From NCBI RefSeq assembly GCF_009914755.1, contig NC_060933.1: a stretch of DNA of 64,000 nt, one strand, 5' to 3'. Each line of letters opens with the position of its first letter. Position 1 is the first letter of the stretch. The notes beneath the pieces were generated by a model, which was given only the letters and a program-made list of their open reading frames with translations, made no database searches and was not told the DNA's origin. A program made the translations under genes and the position numbers. Source of the DNA: the human T2T-CHM13v2.0 reference genome, Homo sapiens. Of the stretch, positions 1 through 14,300 are shown in pieces.

Positions 1-360
1 GGAATGGTACGGAATAGAATCGAATGGAATGAATTGTAATGGAATGGAATTGAACGGAATGGAATGGAATGGAATAGAATCAACGCGAGTGCAGGGGAAT
101 GTAATGGAACGGAATGCAATGGAATGGAATCATCCGTAAAGGAATGGAAAGGAATGGAATGGAATGGAATGGAATGGAAAGGAATCAACTCGATTGCAAT
201 CGAATGGAATGGAATGGAATTAACCCGAATAGAATGGAATGGAATGGAATGGAATGGAACGGAACGGAATGGAATGGATTGGAATGGAATGGAATGGAAT
301 GGAATGGAATGGAATGGAATGGAACGGAAAGGAATGGAATGGAATGGAATGCAATGGAAT

Positions 361-375
361 GGAATCTTCCGGAAT
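361..375. promoter_or_regulatory. Representative perfect three-unit heat shock element match (nGAAn-nTTCn-nGAAn), one of ~40 in the window
   Basis: GGAATCTTCCGGAAT = gGAAt cTTCc gGAAt matches the canonical HSF consensus exactly. HSF1 binding to satellite III under heat shock is established, but binding at these specific sites is not shown here. Confidence 0.5.
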
Positions 376-3300
376 GGAATGGAATGGAATGCAATGGAAT
401 GGAATGGAATGGAATGAACCCGAGTGCAATGGAATGGAGTGGAATGGAATGGAATGGAATGGAACAACCCGAATGGAATGGAATGTAATGGAGAGTAAGG
501 GAGTTGAATAGAATCAATCCGAATGTAATGGAATGGAATGGAAGGGAATGGAATAAAATGGAATGGAATGGAATGGAATGCAATGGAATGGAATCAACCC
601 GAGTGCAAACGAATGGAATCGAATGGAATGGAATGCAATGGAATGGACTCAACTTGAATGGAATGGAAAGAATGGAATCAACACGAGTGGAATGGCATGG
701 ATTAGAATAGAATGGAATGGAATCAATCCGAGTACATGGGAATGGAATGGAATGGAATGCAATGGAATGGAATCATCCGTAATGGAATGGAAAGGAATGG
801 AATGGAATGGAATGGAATGGAATGGAATGGAATGGAATCAACTCGATTGCAATCCAATGGAATGGAATGGAATTAACCCGAATAGAATGGAATGGAATGG
901 AATGGAACGGAACGGAATGGAATGGAATGGAATTGAATTGAATGGAATGGAATGGAACGGAACGGAATGGAATGAAATGGAATGGAATGGAATGGAATCA
1001 ACGCGAGTGCAGGGGAATGGAATGGAATGGAATGCAATGGAATGGAATCATCCGGAATGGAATGGAATGGAATGGAATGGAATGGAATGGAATCAACCCG
1101 AGTGCAATGGAATGGAGTGGAATGGAATGGAATGGAATGGAACAACCCGAATGGAATGGAATGTAATGGAGAGTAAGGGAGATGAATAGAATCAATCCGA
1201 ATGTAATGGAATGGAATGCAACGGAATGGAATGGAACGGAATGGAATGGAACGGAATGGAATGGAATGGAATGGAATGGAATGGAATGGAATGGAATGGA
1301 ATGGAATGCAATGGAATGGAATCAACCCGAGTACAATGGAATGGAATGGAATGGAATGGAACGGAATGGAATGGAATGGAATGCAATGGAATGGAATCTT
1401 CCGGAACGGAATGGAATGGAATGGAATGGAATGGAATGGAATGCAATGGATTCAACTCGATTGCAATGGAATGGAATAGAATGGAATGGAATGGAATGGA
1501 ATGGAATTAAACGGAATAGAATGGAATGGAATGGAATGGAACGGAACGGAACGGAATGGAACGGAGTGGAATGGAATGGAATGGAATTGTATGGAATGGA
1601 ATGGAATGGTACGGAATAGAATGGAATGGAAAGAATTGGAATGGAATGGAATCGAATGGAATGGAATGGAATGGAATGGAATGGAATGGAATCAACCCGA
1701 GTGCAATGGAATGGAGTGGAATGGAATGGAATGGAATGGAACAACCCGAATGGAATGGAATGTAATGGAGAGTAAGGGAGTTGAATAGAATCAATCCGAA
1801 TGTAATGGAATGGAACGGAATGGAATGGAATGGAATGGAATGGAATGGAATGGAATGCAATGGAATGGAATCAACCCGAGTACAATGGAACGGAATGTAA
1901 TGTAATGTAATGTAATGGAATGGAATGGAATGGAATGGAAGGGAATCAACCCGAGTGCAATGGAATGGAGAGGAATGGAATGGAATGGAATGGAAACTAC
2001 CCAAATGGAATGGAATGTAATGGAGTGTAAGGGAATTGAATAGAATCAATCCGAAAGGAATGGAATGGAATGGAACGGAATGTAATGGAATGGAATGGAA
2101 TGGAATCAACCCGAGTGCAGAGGAATGGAATGGAATGGAATGCAATGGAATGGAATCATCCGGAATGGAATGGAATGGAATGCAATGCAATGGAATGGAA
2201 TGGAATCAACCCGAGTGTAATGGAATGGAGTGAAATGGAATGGAATGGAATGGAGACAACAAGAATGGATTGGAATATAATGGAGTGTAAGGGAATTGAA
2301 TAGAATCAATCTGAATGTAATGAAATGGAATGGAACGGAATGGAATGGAATGGAATGGAATGGAATGGAATGGAATGGAATTTAATGGAATGCAATGGAA
2401 TGCAATCAACCCGAGTGCAATCGAATGGAATCGAATGGAATGGAATGCAATGGAATGGATTCAACTTGAATGGAATGGAAAGAATGGAATCAACACGAGT
2501 GGAATGGCATGGATTGGAATGGAATGGAATGGAATCAACCCGAGTACAGGGGAATGGAATGGAATGGAATGCAATGGAATGGAATCATCCGTAATGGAAT
2601 GGAAAGGAATGGAATGGAATGGAATGGAATGGAATAGAATGGAGTCAACTCGATTGCAATCGAATGGAATGGAATGGAATTAACCCGAATAGAATGGAAT
2701 GGAATGGAATGGAACGGAACGGAATGGAATGGAATGGAATGGAATGGAATGGAACGGAACGGAAAGGAAGGGAATGGAATGGAATAGAATGGAATGGAAT
2801 GGAATCAACCCGAGTACAGCGGAATGGAATGGAATGGAATGCAATGGAATGGAATCTTCCGGAATGGAATCGAATGGAATGGAATGGAATGGAATCAACC
2901 CGAGTGCAATGGAATGGAGTGGAATGGAATGGAATGGAATGGAACAACCCGAATGGAATGGAATGTAATGGAGAGTAAGGGAGTTGAATAGAATCAATCC
3001 GAATGTAATGGAATGGAATGGAACGGAATGGAATTGAATGGAATGGAATGGAATGCAATGGAATGGAATCAACCCGAGTGCAATGGAATGGAGAGGAATG
3101 GAATGGAATGGAATGGAAACTAACCGAATGGAATGGAATGTAATGGAGTGTAAGGGAATTGAATAGAATCAATCCGAATGTAATGGAATGGAATGGAACG
3201 GAATGGAATGGAATGGAATGGAATGGAATGGAATGCAATGGAATGGATTCAACTTGAATGGAATGGAAAGAATGGAATCAACACGAGTGGAATGGCATGG

Positions 3301-3599
3301 ATTGGAATGGAATCAACCCGAGTACAGGGGAATGGAATGGAATGGAATGCAATGGAATGGAATGGAATGCAATGGAATGGAATCATCCGTAATGGAATGG
3401 AAAGGAATGGAATGGAATGGAATGGAATCGAATGGAATGGAATGGAATCAACTCGATTGCAATCGAATGGAATGGAATGGAATTAACCCGAATAGAATGG
3501 AATGGAATGGAATGGAACGGAATGGAATGGAATGGAATGGAATGGAATGGAACGGAACGGAACGGAACGGAATGGAATGGAATGGAATGGAATGGAATC

Positions 3600-5350
3600 A
3601 ACGCGAGTGCAGGGGAATGGAATGGAATGGAATGCAATGGAATGGAATCATCCGGAATTGAATGGAATGGAATGGAATGCAAAGCAATGGAATCAACTCG
3701 ATTGCAATGGAATGGAATGGAATGGAAAGGAATACATTGGAATCAAACCGAGTGGAATGGAATGGAAAGGACTGGAATGGAGTGGAATGGAATGGAATGG
3801 AATGGAATGAAATCAACTCGATTGGAATGGAATGGAATGGAATGGAATTAACCCGAATAGAATGGAGTGGAATGGAATGGAACGGAACGGAATGGAATGG
3901 AATGGAATGGAATGGAATGGAATGGAATCAAACCGACTGCAGGGGAATGGAATGGAATGGAATGCAATGGAATGGATTCAACTTGAATGGAATGGTAAGA
4001 ATGGAATCAACACGAGTGGAATGGCATGGATTGGAATGGAATGGAATGGAATCAACCCGAGTACAGCGGAATGGAATGGAATGGAATGCAATGGAATGGA
4101 ATCATCCGTAATGGAATGGAAAGGAATGGAATGGAATGGAATGGAATGGAATGGAATCAACTCGATTGCAATCGAATGGAATGGAATGGAATTAACCCGA
4201 ATAGAATGGAATGGAATTGAATGGAATGGAACGGAACGGAATGGAATGGATTGGAATGGAATGGAATGGAATGGAATGGAACGGAAAGGAATGGAATAGA
4301 ATGGAATGGAATGGAATGGAATGGAATGGAATCAACGCGAGTGCAGGGGAATGGAATGGAATGGAATGCAATGGAATGGAATCTTCCGGAATGGAATGGA
4401 ATGGAATGGAATGGAATGGAATGGAATGGAATGGAATTAACCCGAATACAATGGAATGGAATGGAATGGAACGGAATGGAGTTGAATGGAATGGAAGCAA
4501 CCCGAGTGCAGGGGATTAGAATGGAATGGAATGCAATGGAATGAAATCATCCGGAATGGAATGGAATGGAATGCAAAGCAATGGAATCAACTCGATTGCA
4601 ATGGAATGGAATGGAATGGAAAGGAATACATTGGAATCAACCCGAGTGGAATGGAATGGAAAGGACTGGAATGGAGTGGAATGGAATGGAATGGAATGGA
4701 ATGAAATCAACTCGATTGGAATGGAATGGAATGGAATGGAATGGAATGGAATGGAATGGAATTATCCCGAATAGAATGGAGTGGAATGGAATGGAACGGA
4801 ACGGAATGGAATGGAAAGGAATGGAATGGAATGGAATGCAATGGAATCAACCCGACTGCAGGGGAATGGAATGGAATGGAATGCAATGGAATGGATTCAA
4901 CTTGAATGGAATGGAAAGAATGGAATCAACACGAGTGGAATGGCATGGATTGGAATGGAATGGAATGGAATCAACCCGAGTACAGGGGAATGGAATGGAA
5001 TGGAATGCAATGGAATGGAATCATCCGTAATGGAATGGAAAGGAATGGAATGGAATGGAATGGAAGGGAATGGAATGCAATGGAATCAACTCGATTGCAA
5101 TCGAATGGAATGGAATGGAATTAACCCGAATAGAATGGAATGGAATGGAATGGAACAGAACGGAATGGAATGGATCGGAATGGAATGGAATGGAATGGAA
5201 TGGAACGGAAAGGAATGCAATGGAATGCAATGGAATGGAATGGAATGGAATGGAATGGAATCAACGCGAGTGCAGGGGAACGGAATGGAATGGAATGCAA
5301 TGGAATGGAATCTTCCGGAATGGAATGGAATGGAATGGAATGGAATGGAA
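3600..5350 (+). repeat. Diverged ~0.9 kb tandem duplication within the satellite
   Basis: GCAAAGC...GGAATACATTGG...GGAATGAAATCAACTCGATTGG...CGACTGCAGGG block occurs at ~3680 and ~4573. Near-identical minus-strand ORFs end at 3816 and 4710 (offset 894). Boundaries approximate. Confidence 0.65.
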
Positions 5351-8300
5351 TGGAATGGAATAAACCCGAGTGCAATGGAATGGAGTGGAATGGAATGGAA
5401 TGGAATGGAACAACCCGAATGGAACGGAATGGAATGGAGAGTAAGGGAGTTGAATAGAATCAATCCGAATGTAATCGAATGGAATGGAAGGGAATGGAAT
5501 GGAATGGAATGCAATGGAATGGAATGGAATGCAATGGAATGGAATCAACCCGAGTGCAATCGAATGGAATCGAATGGAATGGAATGCAATGGAATGGATT
5601 CAACTTGAATGGAATGGAAAGAATGGAATCAACACGAGTGGAATGGCATGGATTGGAATAGAATGGAATAGAATCAATCCGAGTACAGGGGAATGGAATG
5701 GAATGGAATGCAATGGAATGGAATCATCCGTAATGGAATGGAAAGGAATGGAATGGAATGGAATGGAACGGAATGGAATGGAATGGAATCAACTCGATTG
5801 CAATCGAATGGAATGGAATGGAATTAACCCGAATAGAATGGCATGGAATGGAATGGAACGGAACGGAATGGAATGGAATGGAATGGAATGGAATGGAACG
5901 GAACGGAATGGAACGGAATGGAATGGAATGGAATGGAATGGAATGGAATGGAATCAACGCGATTGCAGGGGAATGGAATGGAATGGAATGCAATGGAATG
6001 GAATCTTCCGGAATGGAATGGAATGGAATAGAATGGAATGAAATGCAATGGATTCAACTCGATAGCAATGGAATGGAATAGAATGGAATGGAATGGAACG
6101 GAATGGAATGGAATGGAATGGAATTAACCCGAATAGAATGGAACGGAATGGAATGGAACGGAATGGAACGGAATGGAATGGAATGGAATGCAATGGAATG
6201 GTATGGAATGGAATGGAATGGTACGGAATAGAATGGAATGGAACGAATTGTAATGGAATGGAATTGAATGGAATGGAATGGAATGGAATGGAATGGAATG
6301 GAATGGAATCGTTCCGAGTGGAATAGGAGGGAATGTATTCGAGTGGAATGGAAAGGAATGGAATCAACCAGAGTGGAATGGAAAGGAATGGAATGGAATG
6401 GAAACTAAGAGAATGGAATCAACCCGGGTGGAATGGAATGGAAAGGACTGGAATGGAAAGGAATGGAATGGAATGGAATGGAATGGAATGGAATGGAATG
6501 AAATGGAATCAACGCGAGTGCAGGGGAATGGAATAGAATCGAATGGAATGGAATGGAATGGAATGGAATCAACCCGAGTACAATGGAATGGAATGGAATG
6601 GAATGGAATGGAATGGAATGGAATGGAATGCAATGGAATGGAATCTTCCGGAATTGAATGGAATGGAATGGAATGGAATGCAATGGATTCAACTCGATTG
6701 CAATGGAATGGAATAGAATGGAATGGAATGGAATTAAACCGAATAGAATGGAATGGAATGGAATGGAACGGAACGGAACGGAATGGAACGGAGTGGAATG
6801 GAATGGAATAGAATTGTATGGAATGCAATGGAATGGTACGGAATAGAATGGAATGCAAAGAATTGGAATGGAATGGAATTGAATGGAATGGAATGGAATC
6901 AACCAGAGTGCAGGGGAATGTAATGGAACGGAATGCAATGGAATGGAATCATCCGGAATGGAATGGAATGCAACGGAATGAAATGGAATGGAATGGAATG
7001 GAATGGAATGCAATGGAATGGAATCAACCCGAGTACCATGGAATGGAATGGAATGGAATGGAATGGAATGGAATGGAATGGAATGGAATGGAATGCCTTC
7101 AAACCGAATGGAATGGAAAGGAATGGAATCAACACGAATGGAATGGAATGGAATGGAATGGAATGGAATGTAATGGAATGATACGGAATAGAATGGAATG
7201 GAACGAAATGGAATGGAATGGAATGGAATGGAATGGAATGGAATGGAATGGAATCGTTCCGAGTGGAATAGGAGGGAATGTATTCGAGTGGAATGGAAAG
7301 GAATGGAATCAACAAGAGTGGAATGGCAGGGAATGGAATGGAATGGAAACTAATAGAATGGAATCAACCCGAGTGGAAAGGAATGGAAAGGACTGGAATG
7401 GAATGGAATGGAATGGAATCAACTCGATTGTAATGGAATGGAATGGAATGGAATGGAATGGAATGGAATGGAATTAACCCGAATACAATGGAATGCAATG
7501 GAATGGAACGGAATGGAGTGGCATGGAATGGAATCAAACCGAGTGCAGGGGAACGGAATGGAATGGAATGCAATGGAATGGAATCATCCGGAATGGAATG
7601 GAATGGAATGGAATGGAATCAACCCGAGTGCAATCGAATGGAGTGGAATAGAATGCAATGAACCCGAGTGCAGGGGAATGGAATGGAATGAAATGCAATG
7701 GAATGGAATCATCCGTAATGGAATGGAAAGGAATGGAATGGAATGGAATGGAATGGAATGGAATCAACACGATTGCAATCGAATGGAATGGAATGGAATT
7801 AACCCGAATAGAATGGAATGGAATGGAATGGAACGGAACGGATTGGAATAGAATGGAATTGAACGGAACGGAGTGGAATGGAATGGAATGGAATGGAATG
7901 GAATGGAATCAACGTGAGTGCAGGGGAATGGAATGGAATGGAATGCAATGGAATGGAATCTTCCGGAATGGAATGGAATGGAATGGAATGGAATGAAATG
8001 CAATGGATTCAACTCGATTGCAATGGAATGGAATAGAATGGAATGGAATGGAATGGAATGGAATTAATCCGAATTGAATGGAATGGAATGTAATGGAAAG
8101 GAATGGAACGGAATGGAATGGAATGGAATGGTATGGAATGGAATGGAATGGTACGGAATAGAATGGAATGCAACGAATTGTAATGGAATGGAATTGAATG
8201 GAAAGGAATGGAATGGAATGGAATCAACGAGAGTGCAGGGGAATGTAATGGAACGGAATGCAATGGAAAGGAATCATACGGAATGGAATGGAATGGAATG

Positions 8301-10347
8301 GAATGGTATGGAATCAACCCGAGTGCAATGGAATGGAGTGGAATGGAATGGAATGGAATGCAATAGAATGGAATCAACTTGAGTACAATGGAATGGAATG
8401 GAATGGAATGGAATGCAATAGAATGGAATCAACTTGAGTACAATGGAATGGAATGGAATGGAATGGAATGGAATGGAATAAAATGGAATGATACCGAATA
8501 GAATGGAATGGAACGAAATGGAATGGAATGGAATGGAATGGAATGGAATCGTTCCGAGTGGAATAGGAGGGAATGTATTCGAGTGGAATGGAAAGGAATG
8601 GAATCAACCAGAGTGGAATGGAAGGGAATGGAATGGAATGGAAACTAATAGAATGGAATCAACCCAAGTGGAATGGAATGGAAAGGACTGGAATGGAATG
8701 GAATGGAATAGAATCAACCCGATTGTAATGGAATGGATTGGAATGGAATGGAATGGAATGGAATGGAGTGGAATGGAATGGAATCAACCCGAGTGCAGGG
8801 GAATGGAATGGAATGGAATGCAATGGAATGGAATCATCCGGAATGGAATGGAATGCAATGGAATGCAAAGCAATGGAATCAACTCGATTGCAATGGAATG
8901 GAAAGGAATGGAAAGGAATACACTGGAATCAAGCCGACTGGAATGGAATGGAAAGGACTGGAATGGAGTGGAATGGAATGGAATGGAATGGAATGGAATC
9001 AACTCGATTGGAATGGAATGGAATGGAATGGAATGGAATGGAATGGAATTAACCCGAATAGAATGGAATGGAATGGAATGGAATGGAAAGGAATGGAAGG
9101 GAATGGAATGGAATGGAATGGAATCAACCCGACTGCAGGGGAATGGAATGGAATGGAATGCAATGGAATGGATTCAACTTGAATGGAATGGAAAGAATGG
9201 AATCAACACGAGTGGAATGGCATGGATTGGAATGGAATGGAATGGAATCAACCCGAGTACAGGGGAATGGAATGGAATGGAATGCAATGGAATGGAATCA
9301 TCCGTAATAGAATGGAAAGGAATGGAATGGAATGGAACGGAAAGGAATGGAATGGAATGGAATGGAATGCAACGGAAAGGAATGGAATGGAATGGAAAGG
9401 AATGGAATGGAATGGAATGGAATGGAATCAACGCGAGTGCAGGGGAATGGAATGGAATGGAATGCAATGAAATGGAATCTTCCGGAATAGAATGGAATGG
9501 AATGCAATGGAATGGAATCAACTCGATTGCAATCGAATGGAATGGAATGGAATTAACCCGAATAGAATGGAATGGAATGGAATGGAACGGAACGGAATGG
9601 AATGGAATGGAATGGAATGGAATGGAACGGAACGGAACGGAACGGAACGGAACGGAGTGGAATGGAATGGAATGGAATTGTATGGAATGGAATGGAATGG
9701 TACGGAATAGAATGGAATGGAAAGAATTGGAATGGAATGGAATCGAATGGAATGGAATGGAATCAACCCGAGTGCAGGGGAATGTAATGGAACGGAATGC
9801 AATGGAATGAAATCATCCGGAATGGAATGGAATGGAATGGAATGGAATGGAATGGAATGGAATGGAATGCAATGGAATCAACCCGAGTGCAATGGAATGG
9901 AGTCGAATGGAATGGAATGGAATGGAACAACCCGAATGGAATGGAATGTAATGGAGAGTAAGGGAGTTGAATAGAATCAATCCGAATGTAATGGAATGGA
10001 ACGGAATGGAATGGAATGGAATGGAATGGAATGGAATGGAATGCAATGGAATGGAATCAACCCGAGTACAATGGAACGGAATGGAATGGAATGGAATGGA
10101 ATGGAATGGAATGGAATGGAATGGAATGGAATCAACCCGAGTGCAATGGAATGGAGAGGAATGGAATGGAATGGAATGGAAACTACCCGAATGGAATGGA
10201 ATGTAATGGAGTGTAAGGGAGTTGAATAGAATCAATCCGAATGGAATGGAATGGAATGGAACGGAATGTAATGGAATGGAATGGAATGCAATCAACCCGA
10301 GTGCAGGGGAATGGAATGGAATGGAATGCAATGGAATGGAATGGAAT

Positions 10348-11380
10348 CGTTCCGAGTGGAATAGGAGGGAATGTATTCGAGTGGCATGGAAAGGAATGGA
10401 ATCAACCAGAGTGGAATGGAAGGGAATGGAATGGAATGGAAACTAATAGAATGGAATCAACCCGAGTGGGATGGAATGGAAAGGACTGGAATAGAAAGGA
10501 ATGGAATGGAATGGAGTGGAATGGAATGGAATGGAATGGAATGGAATGGAATGGAATCAACGCGAGTGAAGGGGAATGGAATGGAATGGAATGGAATGGA
10601 ATGCAATGGAATGGAATCAACCCGAGTGCAATCGAATGGAATCGAATGGAATGGAATGCAATGGAATGGATTCAACTTGAATGGAAAGGAAAGAATGGAA
10701 TCAACACGAGTGGAATGCCATGGATTGGAATGGAAAGGAATGGAATCAACCCGAGTACAGGGGAATGGAATGGAATGGAATGCAATGGAATGGAATCATC
10801 CGTAATGGAATGGAAAGGAATGGAATGGAATGGAATGGAATGGAATGGAATGGAATGGAATGGAATCGTTCCGAGTGGAATAGGAGGGAATGTATACGAG
10901 TGGCATGGAAAGGAATGGAATCAACCAGAGTGGAATGGAAGGGAATGGAATGGAATGGAAACTAATAGAATGGAATCAACCCGAGTGGGATGGAATGGAA
11001 AGGACTGGAATGGAAAGGAATGGAATGGAATGGAATGGAATGGAATGGAATGGAAAGGAATGGAATGGAATGGAATCAACGCGAGTGAAGGGGAATGGAA
11101 TGGAATGGAATGGAATGGAATGCAATGGAATGGAATCAACCCGAGTGCAATCGAATGGAATCGAATGGAATGGAATGCAATGGAATGGATTCAACTTGAA
11201 TGGAAAGGAAAGAATGGAATCAACACGAGTGGAATGCCATGGATTGGAATGGAAAGGAATGGAATCAACCCGAGTACAGGGGAATGGAATGGAATGGAAT
11301 GCAATGGAATGGAATCATCCGTAATGGAATGGAAAGGAATGGAATGGAATGGAATGGAATGGAATGGAATGGAATGGAAT
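10348..11380 (+). repeat. 519 bp tandem duplication (2 copies) nested in 15.6 kb copy 1
   Basis: CGTTCCGAGT at 10348 and 10867. Private variants GAGTGGCATGG, CCCGAGTGGGATGG, CGCGAGTGAAGGGG and GAATGCCATGG occur in both copies. ORF pairs 10371/10890, 10457/10976 and 10681/11200 are all offset 519. Confidence 0.92.
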
Positions 11381-14300
11381 CAACTCGATTGCAATCGAAT
11401 GGAATGGAATGGAATTAACCCGAATAGAATGGAATGGAATGGAATGGAACGGAACGGAATGGAATGGAATGGAATGGAATGGAACGGAAAGGAATGGAAT
11501 AGAATGGAATCGAATGGAATGGAATGCAATGGAATGGAATCAAGGCGAGTGAAGGGGAATGGAATGGAATCGAATGGAATGGAATGGAATGGAATGGAAT
11601 GGAATCAACCCGAGTGCAGGGGAATGTAATGGAACGGAATGCAATGGAATGGAATCATCCGGAATGGAATGAAATGGAATGGAATGGAATCAAACCGAGT
11701 GAAATGGAATGGAGTGGAAGGGAATGGAATGGAATGGAACAACCCGAATGGAATGGAATGTAATGGAGAGTAAGGGAGTTGAAAAGAATCAATCCGAATG
11801 TAATGGAATAGAATGGAACGTAATGGAATGGAATGGAATGGAATGCAATGGAATGGAATCAACCAGAGTACAATGGAATGGAATGGAATGGAATGGAATG
11901 GAATGGAATGCAATGGAATGGAATCAACCAGAGTACAATGGAATGGAATGGAATGGAATGGAATGGAATGGAATGGAATGCAATGGAATGGAATCTTCCG
12001 GAATGGAATGGAATGGAATGGAATGGAATGGAATGCAGTGGATTCAACTCGATTGCAATGGAATGGAATAGAATGGAATGGAATGGAATGGAATGGAATT
12101 AAACCGAATAGAATGGAATGGAATGGAATGGAACGGAACGGAACGGAACGGAACGGAGTGGAATGGAATGGAATGGAATTGTATGGAATGGAATGGAATG
12201 GAACGGAATAGAATGGAATGGAAAGAATTGGAATGGAATGGAATCGAATGGAATGGAATGGAATGGAATGGAATCAACCCGAGTGCAGGGGTATGTAATG
12301 GAATGGAATGCAATGGAATGGAATCATCCGGAATGGAATGGAATGGAATGGAATGGAACGGAATGGAATGGAATCAACCCGAGTGCAATGGAATGGAGTG
12401 GAATGGAATGGAATGGAATGGAACAACCCGAATGGAATGGAATGTAATGGAGAGTAAGGGAGTTGAATAGAATCAATCCGAATGTAATGGAATGGAACGG
12501 AATGGAATGGAATGGAATCGAATGGAATGGAATGGAATGGAATGGAATGCAATGGAATGGAATCAACCCGAGTACAATGGAACGGAATGTAATGTAATGT
12601 AATGGAATGGAATGGAATGGAATGGAATGGAATGGAATCAACCCGAGTGCAATGGAATGGAGAGGAATGGAATGGAATGGAATGGAAACTACCCAAATGG
12701 AATGGAATGTAAAGGAGTGTAAGGGAATTGAATAGAATCAATCCGAAAGGAATGGAATGGAATGGAACGGAATGGAATGGAATGGAATGCAATGGAATGG
12801 AATCATCCGGAATGGAATGGAATGGAATGCAATGGAATGGAATGGAATGGAATCAACCCGAGTGCAATGGAATGGAGTGAAATGGAATGGAATGGAATGG
12901 AGACAACAAGAATGGATTGGAATATAATGGAGTGTAAGGGAATTGAATAGAATCAATCTGAATGTAATGAAATGGAATGGAACGGAATGGAATGGAATGG
13001 AATGGAATGGAATGGAATGGAATGGAATGCAATGGAATGGAATCAACCAGAGTGCAATCGAATGGAATCGAATGGAATGGAATGCAATGGAATGGAATGG
13101 AATGGAATCAACTCGATTGCAATCGAATGGAATGGAATGGAATTAACCCGAATAGAATGGAATGGAATGGAATGGAATGGAATGGAACGGAACGGAATGG
13201 AATGGATTGGAATGGAATGGAATGGAATGGAATGGAACGGAAAGGAATGGAATGGAATGGAATGGAATGGAATGGAATGGAATGGAATGGAATGGAATGG
13301 AATCAATGCGAGTGCAGGGGAATGGAATGGAATGGAATGCAATGCAATGGAATCTTCCGGAATGGAATGGAATGGAATGGAATGGAATGGAATGGAATGG
13401 AATGGAATTAACCCGAGTGCAATGGAATGGAGTGGAATGTAATGGAATGGAATGGAACAACCCGAATGGAATGGAATGTAATGGAGAGTAAGGGAGTTGA
13501 ATAGAATCAATCCGAATGTAATGGAATGGAATGGAAGGGAATGGAATGGAATGGAATGCAATGGAATGGAATGGAATGCAATGGAATGGAATCAACCCGA
13601 GTGCAATCGAATGGAATCGAATGGAATGGAATGCAATGGAATGGATTCAACTTGAATGGAATGGAAAGAATGGAATCAACACGAGTGGAATGGCATGGAT
13701 TGGAATGGAATGGAATGGAATCAACCCGAGTACAGGGGAATGGAATGGAATGGAATGCAATGGAATGGAATCATCCGTAATGGAATGGAAAGGAATGGAA
13801 TGGAATGGAATGGAATGGAATGGAATGGAATGGAATGGAATGAAATCAACTCGATTGCAATCGAATGGAATGGAATGGAATTAACCCGAATAGAATGGCA
13901 TGGAATGGAATGGAACGGAACGGAATGGAATGGAATGGAATGGAACGGAACGGAATGGAATGGAATGGAATGGAATGGAATGGAATGGAATCAACGCGAG
14001 TGCAGGGGAATGGAATGGAATGGAATGCAATGGAATGGAATCTTCCGGAATGGAATGGAATGGAATAGAATGGAATGAAATGCAATGGATTCAACTCGAT
14101 TGCAATGGAATGGAATAGAATGGAATGGAATGGAATGGAATGGAATGGAATGGAATGGAATGGAATTAACCCGAATAGAATGGAATGAAATGGAATGGAA
14201 CGGAATGGAACGGAATGGAATGGAATGCAATGCAATGGAATGGTATGGAATGGAATGGAATGGTACGGAATAGAATGAAATGGAACGAATTGTAATGGAA

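Noticed and set aside
490-530. GGAGAGTAAGGGAGTTGAATAGAATCAATCCG and CGTTCCGAGTGGAATAGGAGGG cassettes as inserted mobile elements, Shine-Dalgarno or splice signals
   Set aside because: They parse as in-register diverged pentamers (GGAGA GTAAG GGAGT TGAAT AGAAT CAATC CGAAT), with no target-site duplications, terminal repeats or downstream gene.
1991-2003. NFAT5/TonEBP sites (TGGAAA...) and STAT GAS sites (TTCCGGAA)
   Set aside because: TGGAAACTACC, TGGAAACTAAT and TGGAAAGGAAT miss the pyrimidine at position 9 of TGGAAANNYNY. TTCCGGAA has a 2 bp spacer rather than the canonical 3 bp GAS spacer.
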